From Vicugna vicugna (Eukaryota): a stretch of DNA of 64,000 nucleotides. Numbering within the stretch: position 1 is the first letter of the stretch; each line of letters begins with the position of its first letter. The stretch lies in assembly GCA_013265495.1 (NCBI GenBank), contig MU058584.1, positions 1,462,616 to 1,526,615 of the forward strand, written 5' to 3'. A program made the position numbers and the translations under genes. Shown here piece by piece: positions 12,590 to 24,880 of this stretch. The notes below the pieces were generated by a model that was not told the origin of the DNA, did no database searches, and saw only the letters and a program-made list of their open reading frames with translations.

Positions 12590-13108
12590 TTCACTCTTCC
12601 AAGAAAAATTTATCCAATGAAAATATGTGACCCATATACATGATTTTAAAACTTCCAGTAATCACATTTTAAAAAGTAAAAGAAAGTCAGGTGAAATTAC
12701 ACTGAGTAATATAATGTTTAATGTAATATATCCCGAACAGTGTTTCAATGTTTGATCAGTATCTACAATTATTATAAGATATTTTATATTGTTTGTACTA
12801 AGTCTTTGAGATCCAGTGTGTATTTGACACTGGCAGCACATTTAAATTCAGACACTACATTTTTATCAGAGACACTTGATTAATATTTGGAGTTAATAAA
12901 GTTTACAGTTGAAGAAGGAGATTTACATAGCCATGTTGTTTAGACATACTCTAAAACTTTTCCAATAACTGAATCAGGCGTCCAGTTTTAGATTTAAATT
13001 AGTTTTCATTAAGTAATATTAAGAATTTAGTTTCTCAGTCTCACTAGCTCCATTTCAGGTGCTCAATGGCCATAGGTGATTAGTAGCTATTGAACGGAAC
13101 AGCACAGA
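12590..13108. mobile_element. hAT-Charlie DNA transposon (MER3/MER33-related)
   Basis: cacattttaaaaagtaaaagaaa..ggtgaaatta; ends catttcaggtgctcaatggcca..acagcacag. Confidence 0.8.
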
Positions 13109-14172
13109 TCAGGAAGCCACATGCCACTGTCATGTGAAACAGCAACGCTCTGAATGTCTCAACCACTCTTAACAACCATCTGCTGTAATATTAACTATGC
13201 TTTATATGCTAAAACTCCATGAACAAGAAATCCAGCTCCCTTGATAAAACAAATAGATATAAAAAAATATTTAATACTCTCCAACTGGTTATGAGTTTAA
13301 GCAGTCAAACTACATTTATACATCCTAATCAGCTTTTCCAGTCCCTCCCAGGAGGTTTATTAAATACCATCTCAGGGGACTTCTTAGGCTGGGCTCGGAG
13401 CCAAAGTCTTCCACACACTTGCTGTCTTCCCCCTCTCCCCCGTCCCCCACTGGGTGCTAATGAGGATTGATACCGCTGGAGTTCTCACGTCCTCACAGCA
13501 GGAGCCGGAGGCCCCTTCCCCTCCTCTTCTCAATCTCTCAATCCCAGTCCAAGAAGAATCCTGGGAAGGGTATTTTTGTCACAGATCAGAAAATGGCCGG
13601 GCTCTTTGGTGAGAGCACTGAAGTTCTCAGAGCCGCTTGACTGTACGTTCGCTCTCTGAGGCTGTGTCTACATGCACAGGGAGGCATTTCTAGGGCGTAA
13701 AGACTGCTATCTTGATTTTCCCCGCAGTCAGTGGTCCATTGAAGACAGGAGGTCATCAGAAGTCACACCTTAGAGAAAGGGGCAAGGTTATAGATCTATG
13801 TCAACATTATTCCATCTCCAAACTATCCCAAAATACTTGGGAAGAAACTCCCAAAGAAGTTTTTCGTTTTAATGAATGAGATCACTTTTCTCTTTAGACA
13901 GGCAAGTGAGTGAGGCCTCCAAATACAGATTATAGCTTTCAAAACAAAACATGCAAAATTCAATCATAGACTTTTCTGGCCATCCAAGCCAGCTTTCAAA
14001 TGCTATCATGCAGTGTTTGGCTGTCTATTCAGTAGAAGCCAAGCACTGTTTTCCAGGCTTGAAATATATCAGTGGATGAAACTGACAAAGATCCACATCC
14101 TCATTGTGCTTACCTTCCAGGAGAGGAGACAAAAAAAAAAAAAAACCCAAAAAAAAAATATTAAAAAAAAAA

Positions 14173-14275
14173 NNNNNNNNNNNNNNNNNNNNNNNNNNNN
14201 NNNNNNNNNNNNNNNNNNNNNNNNNNNNNNNNNNNNNNNNNNNNNNNNNNNNNNNNNNNNNNNNNNNNNNNNNNN
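14173..14275. other. Assembly gap (N run)
   Basis: 103 N characters between two A-rich ends. Confidence 0.99.
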
Positions 14276-14744
14276 AAAAAAAAAAAAACCCCACAAAACA
14301 AATATTAAAAGATAGATTAGCAGTAGGAGTAAGTACTAGAAAGAAAAATAAAGGACAGAGAATGTAAAGACATAAGGCATAGCTATTCATTTTTTCCCAA
14401 CACAGATTTATGTACTTCCTAGTCTTTGCTCAGTCCTGCACTATGTTAGGAATTGGGGAAGGATAAAGCGATGAACCAGACACCCTCAAGGATTGAGTTT
14501 TTGTATAACATTAACACTTACACGTTATGTATATTTGCCATGTCTTCAGGAATTTTTTTAAGAATCCCATTTTGCATTTATTGTCTCCGAGGACATTTAG
14601 CAGGCATTATTTACGTAGTGTTGTTCGGTAAAATTTTATATTGAAAAATGAATGAATAAATGGACAGTCTGGACGTGGGATTAAAAAGGGTTTAGCTGTG
14701 AACCTAAAACAACTGCATCAACCATGCTGGTTTTTGATACAGTA

Positions 14745-14975
14745 GGAAAAAACGCAATGGATTAAAAACGATGGAGTCTAGACTCTCTATCTCCTCCACT
14801 TCTTACTTGCAATGGGATTTTGGACATCTCTTTAATATCTTTAAACTTAAATTTCCCCATCTGTAAATTGGGGCTAATAATTATTGCTAAGTACAGCAAT
14901 CATGTCTATAAAGAGCAAATGTGACAGTGCTTTGTAAACTCTAAAGCTCTACACAAAGTTAAGAGATTATTATGT
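14745..14975 (+). mobile_element. MIR
   Basis: tttccccatctgtaaattggggctaataa..gtgctttgtaaact. Confidence 0.75.
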
Positions 14976-17514
14976 GTACTAATGCGTCCCTTCATTGGTG
15001 TGGCTAATTGAATATCAACGCTGCTAAAGGAAATTAAAATTAAACAGGCACATTGGACAATCCAGTGTAGAAACTCAGCATGGCAGGGGTTTGCATTAAG
15101 TCCAACATAGCAAGAGGAGAAAGGCAGTTACTTTTTGCTGCTAATTTGTACTTTTCCTTCAGGAGGTGGAATCTTCTCTCCCTTTTGCAGATCAAATTAC
15201 TCATGTACCCCTATAAAAAGCATGTCAAAGTCAAAAGTGCAAGCAGTCCCAGTGCAATTTGCAGTGGGAATGGCTGCAGTGAGCAGTTAGCACACCATTA
15301 ATTCTCAATTAAGTGCCAATTTGCACATTGCTGGGAAACAATTGCAAATTCTTTTGTTTCTCCCCTTAAAGATGTCATTTGAATCCATGAGCACCAAAAT
15401 CTAGTGGAGAAGGATTAATAAAGACAGCTAGGGAGCACATCAGACAGAGGGCTCTCTCAAATATCAGAAAGGGATTTCCCCCCCATTACTAACTTGCTGA
15501 GTCCCTTCCTGTCAGCAGGCAGACTAATAAAACACAGGGGTAGGGCAGATATTTATCATAATCCAGATTAGCAAGACAAAAACTCATTTCTAGCTAGGAG
15601 TTTGCAGTTGAGAAATTCTCTGGTCAACCTGGAGCAAGAAGTTGGGAATTTCTATCGCAGAGAAGAAGGCACTCTTTTCTGACATGGAGCGATCTTCTGT
15701 ATAAATCCCAGTGCATCAGCTGCCCAGTTGGCCAGTCTTGGAACCTGTCCAAAGGCAGTCAGATTATTTGCTTTTTGTGGCAAAGGACCTATTTATTACT
15801 GCAGATAGGACCTGTGTTTCTACACAGGTACATGATGGGTGCAACTAAGTCCCCAAGTTAACATTAACTCCTTCTCATCCCATCATCCCATATGCATTAG
15901 ACACAGAGATCTATCGTAATTTTTCATTCATTTGTAATGTATTGCATTTCTGTTTGGGACAGAGAATTGATGGGTAGAAAAGAAATACAGGTTTGTTTTC
16001 CAATAGCTTAGAGTTTCAATGGACATAAAATAGGCAAGGGCATGATGCACTTCGGTCCCGGTAAGGTGATGTATCACTCACTGAAGCGTTGGGTGGTGCC
16101 TATAAGATGCCCAGTAGCCAAAGCAGTAGGCTAGTGCTAAGACTCATGCAAACAACCCTGAGCTGGAGGGAAGAAATCAAGCAGAATTGTCAGATGGCTT
16201 AATAAATGCTTCCCTCTTCCCATCTCCTGTCACCTCGTCTACTTTCCTAGGCACCAGTCCTCGATTTGGTTTTGTCAGCTGTGTATCTGGGGACTCTCAG
16301 CTTCCTCTCTTGCCATCTTCTAATGAACTTCTGATTCTGGACATTCATTTTTTTCTCATGCTGCTTGCTACCCACTTGCCTTGTGAATCGAACCCTACTC
16401 TCCTATTGCTTACGCATTCTGTTTCCTTTCCATTTCCTTGGTTTGATCGTGAACGGAGCTGGTCACCACATCCTGGAAGTATTTTTGTTTCTTGAAAAGT
16501 TGGCTTCATTAGTGGTAGCAGGCAGGGCTAGATCACAGTGCAAGGTGCCTAAGCTCTCCTCAAAGCACTCAGGGCATTTTTTAAGATAGACTTTGTGTTT
16601 ATCCAGGGTGCAAACAAGGGGTGGCCTCCACTTTCTTCTGACTATTCTAAGACCACATTGCTTCCCCTTTCTTTTTATTGGAAAATCACGCAAAGAATAT
16701 CATGAGTCTTTTGCAGTCCCAACCAACTGAGTATTTTATATTATCAGGCACGCTATTCTTTCTCTTGGGACCTGTAAGCAGTTCTAACCTGACTCTGAGA
16801 AAACCATAACAGTAAAAGTACTCAGATACAGTGAAGCAATGAACAGACTCGATCATTTTCGCTCAGCTATTTATCCTGGTTTTGCAGAAGCTATGGGGCC
16901 TGGGCAGCTCAGGAAGCATATATACAGGATAAGAACATATATCAAATTACTCCATAACTCCTGGACGACTGAGTAAAACAAAGTCGCCTGCTTAAATCAG
17001 TGGCTTCTCATTGCGATGCTCGTTGTATATTCGCATGTACTCAATAAGAACTACCTATCACAGTGGCAGAATGAGCCTTTGATGTGTTGATACGATTTGA
17101 TGAGTCCTGGGAAACACCTTTTGCCAAAAATCGTCTCTCGCCAGAGCCTGTTCAATTCAACTGTATCAGTAAGTGACTCTCACTCTGAGGCTCTGGCACA
17201 CGTGATTCCTTTTGATTTTCACAGCCACTGGAAGAAGCAGGCATTGTTAAAATTCTACTTATACAGATGGGAAAATCAGGCATTAGAAACATTCCTGAGA
17301 AGTCCAAGCTCCCTCAGACAGCAAACGTCAAAGTCTGCATGTGAATTCATGTTCTTTGATGCCAAGTTACGTGTTTTGTTTGCTCTCTACTCTTCTACCA
17401 TTAGAGAGCCATTCCTCCTGTCCTTCTTAAGAGGGTGCTCTTCAGAACACTGAAAATGCCCGCATCCCTGTATTGACCTTACCCTGTCTCATATTTTGGA
17501 TATCTAGTTCCTTG

Positions 17515-17607
17515 CTCCTCAAAATGTGGTTTGTGGCCAGTAGCATTGAAATCATCTGGGACCTTATTAGAAATGCAGAATGTCAGGATCCAGCCTAGAC
17601 CTACTGA
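17515..17607. mobile_element. MER5A fragment
   Basis: ctcaaaatgtggtttgtggccagtagcatt..ttagaaatgcagaatgtcagg..agacctactga. Confidence 0.8.
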
Positions 17608-20600
17608 GAAAGAAGAGGAGACGAGGGACAGTTTGGACAGAAAGAGAAGTTCAGAAGTGCCAAAGCCAAACTTGAATCAGCTCACAACTTTTTTTTTCCC
17701 CAGAGCGATCCACAGTCCCTTGCATGAATTTCCTTAAAGTGGAAATAGTCTCTCCTACTTCCCCAAATGCGAAAAAACCGAGGAAGCCTGTATCACCTGG
17801 GATTCCACCTCTTAACCTGGAGTTTTGTTCTTTGCTCCTTTCAGGCTGCTGAAGCCAATTTGACAGAATTAGGATGTGTCTCGCCTCATTTTCCTGTTTC
17901 ATGTAAATACTACTGGTATATTGGGGACAATGAAGCAGCATTGATTAAGCAGCATTTAGACTTTTCTCTACTCAATGTTCACAGATGAATGCTACCTCTA
18001 AGTGACAAGGTAGAGTGTAAAGCTAGAGGAATAAAGGGTAAGGCTTGAGGATAAGAAAAATTAAAGCCATAGAGGAAGAATTATTCCCCATCTAGGATTT
18101 GTGAAGAAAATCATGGACAGGTTAGCAAAGAAGGACCAGTTAACCTTCTAAGAAGCGTGAGTAAGATGGCTACCACGTCTCCATTATCAAATATTCTCTC
18201 CTGTTGTTAGACCAATGTGTCCCTGTCTGAGGTTCAGAAAATGTGGTCGCCATATGTGTGTTTGATAATGACCGTACTAATCCATCGCTAGGATCAAAGG
18301 TGCTCTGCGAAGTTTCACAAGCAGTAGCCATGGTTGAGATGAACTGTGCATCACTCTTGCCCAGTTTTCTTGAAGCCAAAAAGTCTTTGCAAAAATTCTG
18401 GCTGCTGCTGGAAGAAGTAAGTTATTAGAAATAAATGTTATCTGCAGCTCTACAAAGGCCTGAGGTGGGTGTTAATTAGAAACTTGTAAGTTATGAGCTT
18501 TGGCAGGGGTCAGAGCAAGATTTCTCTTAAATCAGCACAAGCTTTAGGGGTGAGGGGGCCGGTAAGGGACCCAGTCTGGATTGTAGCTTCCTTTGGCTAT
18601 TTCTGGTTGGTCAAGAAGGGTAGGCTCTGTCCCATGTGGGGAAATAAATATGTGCCCGTGTTTGATAAAGAAGATAAGAATCAAAGAAAATCCTTCACTT
18701 ACCTCTCAGCTCTGAAGCTCTCAAGTAGTTAGACCCAGGTGGGAACCTGAGGCTGGACTAGAGAATCCAGATGTCAGGCTGCCTGGCTCATTACACTTAT
18801 GACCCACTTCTGGCCACTGGAGGGCATTTCCAGCAGGAATTGGCAACTGTGCACACCCCGACTCCTCTCTAATTGCTCACTGCCTTCATCCTGTTCTCTC
18901 TCTCTCTTTTTTTTAGCTCATCCCTTCTTTTTTTTTTCTTTGTGCTCTTCACCCCTCCTCAACCCAACGATTTGTTTTTTCTATCTAGAGACCTCCTCTA
19001 GTGCAATTTCTGCTGTGACAGCAAGTCATATCACTCACTATCCTGGTGCCGCCTCATTTTTGCTCTCTGGGGTTGATAAATATGTAGTTCTGGCATGAAA
19101 GAGACTGGGTGTAATCACTGGAGATTTCTCCGAGTGGAAACATCAGTGCTCTTTGCAGACACTGCCTAACTGAGAACAGCTTGAGAAAAGAAATCCTATG
19201 AAAAGAAGGGAGGGGGAAGGGCTAGAAAAACGGGAGGAATAAGAAATATGGGGAAAAGCGTATTTTATGGAAAGTGAGACAAAACCACCAGTATTCATTG
19301 TTTAAGAAAAACTTCCTGGAACAGAAAACCTTTTTCCATACCAAGTTCACCAGTTAAGGAGTAAGAGGATCTTGAAAACCAGTTTAGTAGACGTTTTTTT
19401 CTTTTTTATTTAAGGAAAAAAAAAAAAGCTTTACAAACCTAAGAGTATAAAGAGGACAGGCTAAGGGCTTTAACAGGAGATCAGCTCTTATTTTTAAGAC
19501 AGACATAGTGTTCAGTGCATAATGCAACTTAATTATTATTGAATCTTGTATATTAATAAAAATCTAAGAGTATATTTTGAGAGACAAAACTCAACATTCT
19601 GTTGGCAAATAATCCTAATAGTGCATATACTCAAGTGCAGTAATGTTCAGTTTTCCATAAAAAATATACTGATTTAGAATTCTTCATAATTTATCTTTCC
19701 TTTAGAGTTAGACTCAGTAATCTTTAATTTCCCCAGACACTGAGCAATAGCTTAAGAATTTGAGCCAATTTTTATTGAGGGTTACAGGGTAGAGGCTCAT
19801 ATAATGCCTGATCCAAAGGGTTTTTGATAATCTGGCTCAGTATCTTCCTACAAGGGAATTTCTGAGTAGTGATTTGATATCAATGACAGCACTTAACCCC
19901 AAGTCCTTCCCTTTTGCCTACAAATTCTCTCATCCCCTCACCATCGCCATTAATCCTACGTTTGTCCTATGGTACCCATATGTTCATAGGGTAGAATGCT
20001 CTAAGATCACCTTATCCTCATCACTGATTGACCAGTAGACTTAATAGAAAATTAGTAAACTAAAGGAAATCCACAAACAAGAGAACTGAAAAAAAAATAA
20101 AATTCATTAAATAAGTAACTCCTTTGAAAAGAGTATTGAAAGCTTATGATTCTGCTAGACTGCTTGATTTTCCATCAAGGGCCAAGTCCTTTCCTCTTCA
20201 ATCCTCTAATGAAGGACTGATCAAAGGTTTTCTCACTTCCACATCCCCCTACATGTTGGCACTTTTTCAGTTTCCCTTTGCTGCTGAAAGCTTTCATGTT
20301 TTGTAATCCTTTTTTGTTCCAGGGACCTCTGCCTTTTCTGTAGAAGGACATTTAGCCATGAATCCCTAGGAGGCTGAAATTCACGGCCAGCAGGAAGAAG
20401 CCACTGCTGCTCAAATGCATGCATCAGTAGACATGCTGGTGCTTATACTTCCAGGGAAGTTGCAGATTCCTGATGGTCTGCTGGCAGGGAGCATGGGGAG
20501 CATCTCATTGCCATTTGCAGAGATAGACAAGGAAGATAGCATCACTGTGTACTGGCAAAGCCAGGAGAAACCTACTTTTTCTTTCAACATTTTGAGCTTT

Positions 20601-21084
20601 TGGAAAATCAGCTAGGCATCTTAGGACTTTATGAGTTCTCCATCATTGGTGATGGTCACTAAGAAGTTGTATGATCCCTTTGCAGGGTTTTATAGTACAT
20701 ATCTGCTTTGCGTAGCCCTCTAATCCCATTTATAATTCTGAGATGCTGAGTTCTCATACAAGATATGGCACCAATTGTTGTTGGAACATTCTTTGGTCTT
20801 CTTCGTTTTTGCCCCAAACATTATTATTTTTTGTTTGTTTTTTCACTAGTTCTAATTCTCTCAAATTCAATTCATTGAGTATTTCTGAGCACCTATTTGG
20901 TACTGGGTGCTGTTCTGGCATTTGTAATTATTTTAATAAGATTATTTTTGTTAATTAAATAAGATTTTTGTAGGTATGGAAGCAAACCTCGCATGCAAAG
21001 CTAAGAAGATTAAACCTGACCCAACTGACAGTAGAAACAAGTTAGAAATTCTTAAATAACAGAATGCGATTCTTTACACTAATT

Positions 21085-21320
21085 ATAGTGAGAGCTGTTT
21101 CATGTAAAGGGTTTTAGAGTCAGACAGATGTCATTTTGAATCTGGGTCTGTGCCTAGCCATGTGGTTTTAGTCAAATTTCTCATTATTAAAACTCAGTAT
21201 TCTCATATATAAAGTGGAGATAACATCAATGATAAAATATAAAGGTTAAATGAAAACAACATTGAAATCACCCAGTACTTGGATTATATACGTTTCCAGA
21301 AATATACATTATCTTCCCAT
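21085..21320 (+). mobile_element. MIR
   Basis: ttttagagtcagacag..gaatctggg..ctcagtattctcatatataaagtggagataa. Confidence 0.7.
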
Positions 21321-22104
21321 TGCTTTATGCAGCCAAATCTGAACTTGGAAAAAGGAAGGATTTTTCCATCTTGGTAGGGCATTCATAGTTTTTGTTATCT
21401 GCTTTGTTGGCTTCTGGGTGACTGAACACAGAATGAGAAGACCTTCATACATCTAAGTCCTCTTGGGATAAAAAGGAGCCATGTGCTGGGTGTCTCCCCT
21501 TCAGGTCAACATCACTGCATCGCTAATGTTATTGTTTTGACTGCCGTCAGCACCACAGTCCCTCCTGGTCCTGTCTCAACCACAGCCATCACCATGGTGT
21601 TAGAGGCAGAGCAAAGAGTCCTCTTACCCCAGGGCAGGAGGATGATTTTGAATACAGAGCTGGAGGACTGCCCTGGGCCGCTTTCTCACAAATTTCAACT
21701 ACGGAGCCCTCAGTCAGGACATAATGACCCCAGGAGAGAGAAAAGCAGATGCCCCCACTCAGGAATCTCTGAGTGCACCTGCTCCCCGCCCTCAGTCACA
21801 TCCTTCCATCCATAGTCTGCACAGTCCACCTGGGCCAAAATTCTTGTGCGAGATTTTCAATGTTGGTTTTTTTTCTGATTAGACCCATTACACTAGAAGT
21901 CAGTGCCTTTTCTTTAAAACTTATGTCCTGGAACAACAAATAGAAAACAGTCCTAGCCTTGATATTATTAGCTTGGGTAAAATCCAATTATGGAAATAAA
22001 GTTTCAGAGAGAAAGAAGCCATTTAAACTACTAATACAATTAGAGGGACCTTAAAAAGTACTTAAAACAGTGTTTAGTATACATTAGGGCTTAGTAAATA
22101 TTAG

Positions 22105-22330
22105 CTATAATTTACAACAAACCAGCCACTGTGTAGGTATTGTGAATATACACTTTCATATCCTCATCATCTTCCAAGTTAGACATTGTCAAATCTGTTT
22201 TACAGGTAAGGAAACAGGCTTGGAGATATAAAATGAGTGTTTGAAATCACAGAGCCCACAAATTACAGATCTAGGATTTGAACCCATGATGGTCTGGTTT
22301 CATAGCTGGCTCTGATTCACTATGACCAGC
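22105..22330 (-). mobile_element. MIR
   Basis: ttttacaggtaaggaaacaggcttggaga..ggatttgaaccca. Confidence 0.75.
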
Positions 22331-24144
22331 CACCTCAATCAAATCTGTAAGACATGCAAACCTGTAAACCACATGTAGCATATTGAATAACCACCCAGCA
22401 GTGGGTTATTAATGCGTGTGTCCACTCCTTCTCCTGCCCATCAGCACTGTCAGGTTTGGATGTCACTTGTCTGTTGGGTGGGACTTGGTCTTCTTACAAG
22501 TGAACACCCCCCCCCGAGGTGCTCTGAGACTGCGATGGGCCACACTGACTTTTCAGTAGATGAGGCTGTTACCCCTCATTGGCCTTGATGATACAGCCTC
22601 AGTTCAGCCTTTGGAAACATTGTAAGAAAAGAGGAGGGGCTATGTCCTCAGTTGGCTCAGTCAGGGTATAAAGCCATAGCATCACCCTTCCCTGAAGTCT
22701 GGAGAATTCGCCCTGTCTTGACTGAACTTCTAATCACAGAGTCCAGGGTATGTCCTTGCATTTCCCCAGTGCACTCAGTCAACTGCCAGAATATACTTCG
22801 ATTCCCATCTCAGACGATCTGGACTAGCCTTTGCAGACATCATTGGATGCTGAGATAAAGCAATTCAAGTGGGGACAGCAATGAAATCCCTGTGGCCTCG
22901 CACTGTAAGTGCTGAGCACAGATTACCATTCACAATATCCACACTTATACTAATGAAAACTGAGTCATGTGTGAGTTTTTTTTTTTTAACCCAAATATTG
23001 ACAGGTGGTGAGCAGGTGGAGCCACGCAGCGCTTGTCAGGGATGTGTCTGAGGGGTAGGCGGAGGAGGAGTGAAGATATGAGTGAACGATGCGGCACAAT
23101 GGCTCCTTTCCTGTTGCTGAGTGACACTTGGATATATCACTAAACATATAAAAATAGAAGCTCTGTGTCAGCCTTCTTGTGCAGGGTGCTGTGCTGCAAC
23201 GTTTAAATCTGGATGTCAGTATGCCACTACCGTTATTTATAGAGGAGACCCGGATTAACATTTTGAGAGCGACAGAGGAAGAGGGAGAAAGAGAAGCGCA
23301 CGTGTTGGAGGGAAGGTGCTCTGAATATTGCGTTGCATTAATTGCACACTTAACTTTATCCCTTTTGAAACAATAATCTATAGCTGTATAGGAATGCGCA
23401 TTTTGCAAGGCACTTTCGCATCCATCAACATACTGGAGTTTCACAGAGACTCTTGGAGGGACAAAGTAGTATTTCTCTTCCTGCGGAAGCTCATGGAGAT
23501 CAGGTGGCTCCCCGCCATGTTGCTCAGCTGGCCGGTAGAAGAACTGGATCTCAATTTGCATCTTCAAAATGCAATTATTCCTTCCCCCTAAAGGGCATAT
23601 AGAGTATTAATGTCCCCAGGCATCAGATGAGGAAATTGAACCATAGTATGAAACTGAGAAAACTAAGGCATGGTATAAGCATGGGACATGGCAAGAGGCA
23701 TTCTTCTGGGCACCGAGGACACAACAGTGACAAAAACAGATAAAAATCATTGCCTTTGTGAAGCAAATGTCCCAGTGGTTGCGTTCGATGACCTTTATGA
23801 TTTCACATAGTGCAAGTGGAGGTACAGAGCTATCCCATCCTATTTTAATCATCGTTTGGAAATAATAAACTGATTAAAAACTCATAAAATGATAAAAACA
23901 TTTGATACTTTAAAATATTCAGCTAACTTATAGAAATTCTCATTTGTCTCTCAGATTTCGACTATCATACAGATTCTGTAGTGGTATGGTGGTATATTTC
24001 ACGTTCTGTTCAGGTCAACACTACATTGTGAGGCATTTCTGTACGTGCTCAATGAAACCGAATGGCACCTACAGGCTCCCCATGGACCAACAGTGAATAG
24101 CTCAGTAGATCCTGCAGCATGGCTGGTATTGAACCAATAGCTAG

Positions 24145-24310
24145 GTCAGACACCCCCAAACTTCTCTGTACCTTAGAATCACCTGGGGAGCTTCAGAAAG
24201 TGCTGATTCTTGTGTCCCACCCCCGTGAGTGTAATATAAATGATCTAGCATGTGATCTAGATGTTTAAAAGGTAGTTCTAACGCGGTGACAAGTTTAGGA
24301 ATCACTGAAC
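24145..24310. mobile_element. MER5-family DNA transposon
   Basis: ttagaatcacctggggagctt..aagtttaggaatcactg. Confidence 0.75.
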
Positions 24311-24324
24311 TAAGGTCTGGCCAA

Positions 24325-24880
24325 TGAGATGGTAGCAGACAGCTGTTGCCCCGCCCAACAGCCATCTCTAATCACTTTCTTCCTTACAAACGGAATCTCA
24401 GTTCTTTTCAGGTACTAGACGACCGTGTACACAAAAAGGTGGAGACCCTTCCAGTTCAAGGGGGTGAATGTTGATTGTTCTTCATGGCATTCTCTCTGGC
24501 GATAATTAGTTGGGAGCATAGCTATATAACCCAGATCTAACCAATGGAATAGGGGGAAAAATACCTATGAATGGGGAGTACTTATAGGAGAGCTGTCTTT
24601 GCTATTAACAAAAGGGACCCCTAGGCCCAAATATGTGGAGGAGATGTGGTAGCTGTCTAGAGAGCTTGGGAAGAGCTAGACAGAGAAAGAACCAAGACAA
24701 CATACTAACTATGGGCAAATGGTAGATGAAAAGAAACTGAGTCTTGCTGATAATCAGTGCACCACCAAAAGTTAATGAACCCTAATACCAACGTATCTCA
24801 TGACTTTTTGTTATTTATCGTTTATGTGACTTTACTTGGTGTTTCTGGAATTTAAAGCCAAAAGCATCCTAAATGATACA
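24325..24880 (+). mobile_element. Old MLT1 LTR (MLT1J/K-like)
   Basis: acccagatctaaccaatg; ends aagccaaaagcatcctaaatgataca. Confidence 0.7.

Noticed and set aside
14013..14390. ORFs spanning X runs
   Set aside because: Artefacts of the N gap and poly(A) tracts.
20415..20615. Peptide SITVYWQ, reminiscent of a B7-type Ig domain strand
   Set aside because: No flanking Cys pattern and no splice sites framing it; likely chance.
21545..21566. REST/RE1 site (TCAGCACCAC)
   Set aside because: Only the left half matches; the GGACAG half is absent.
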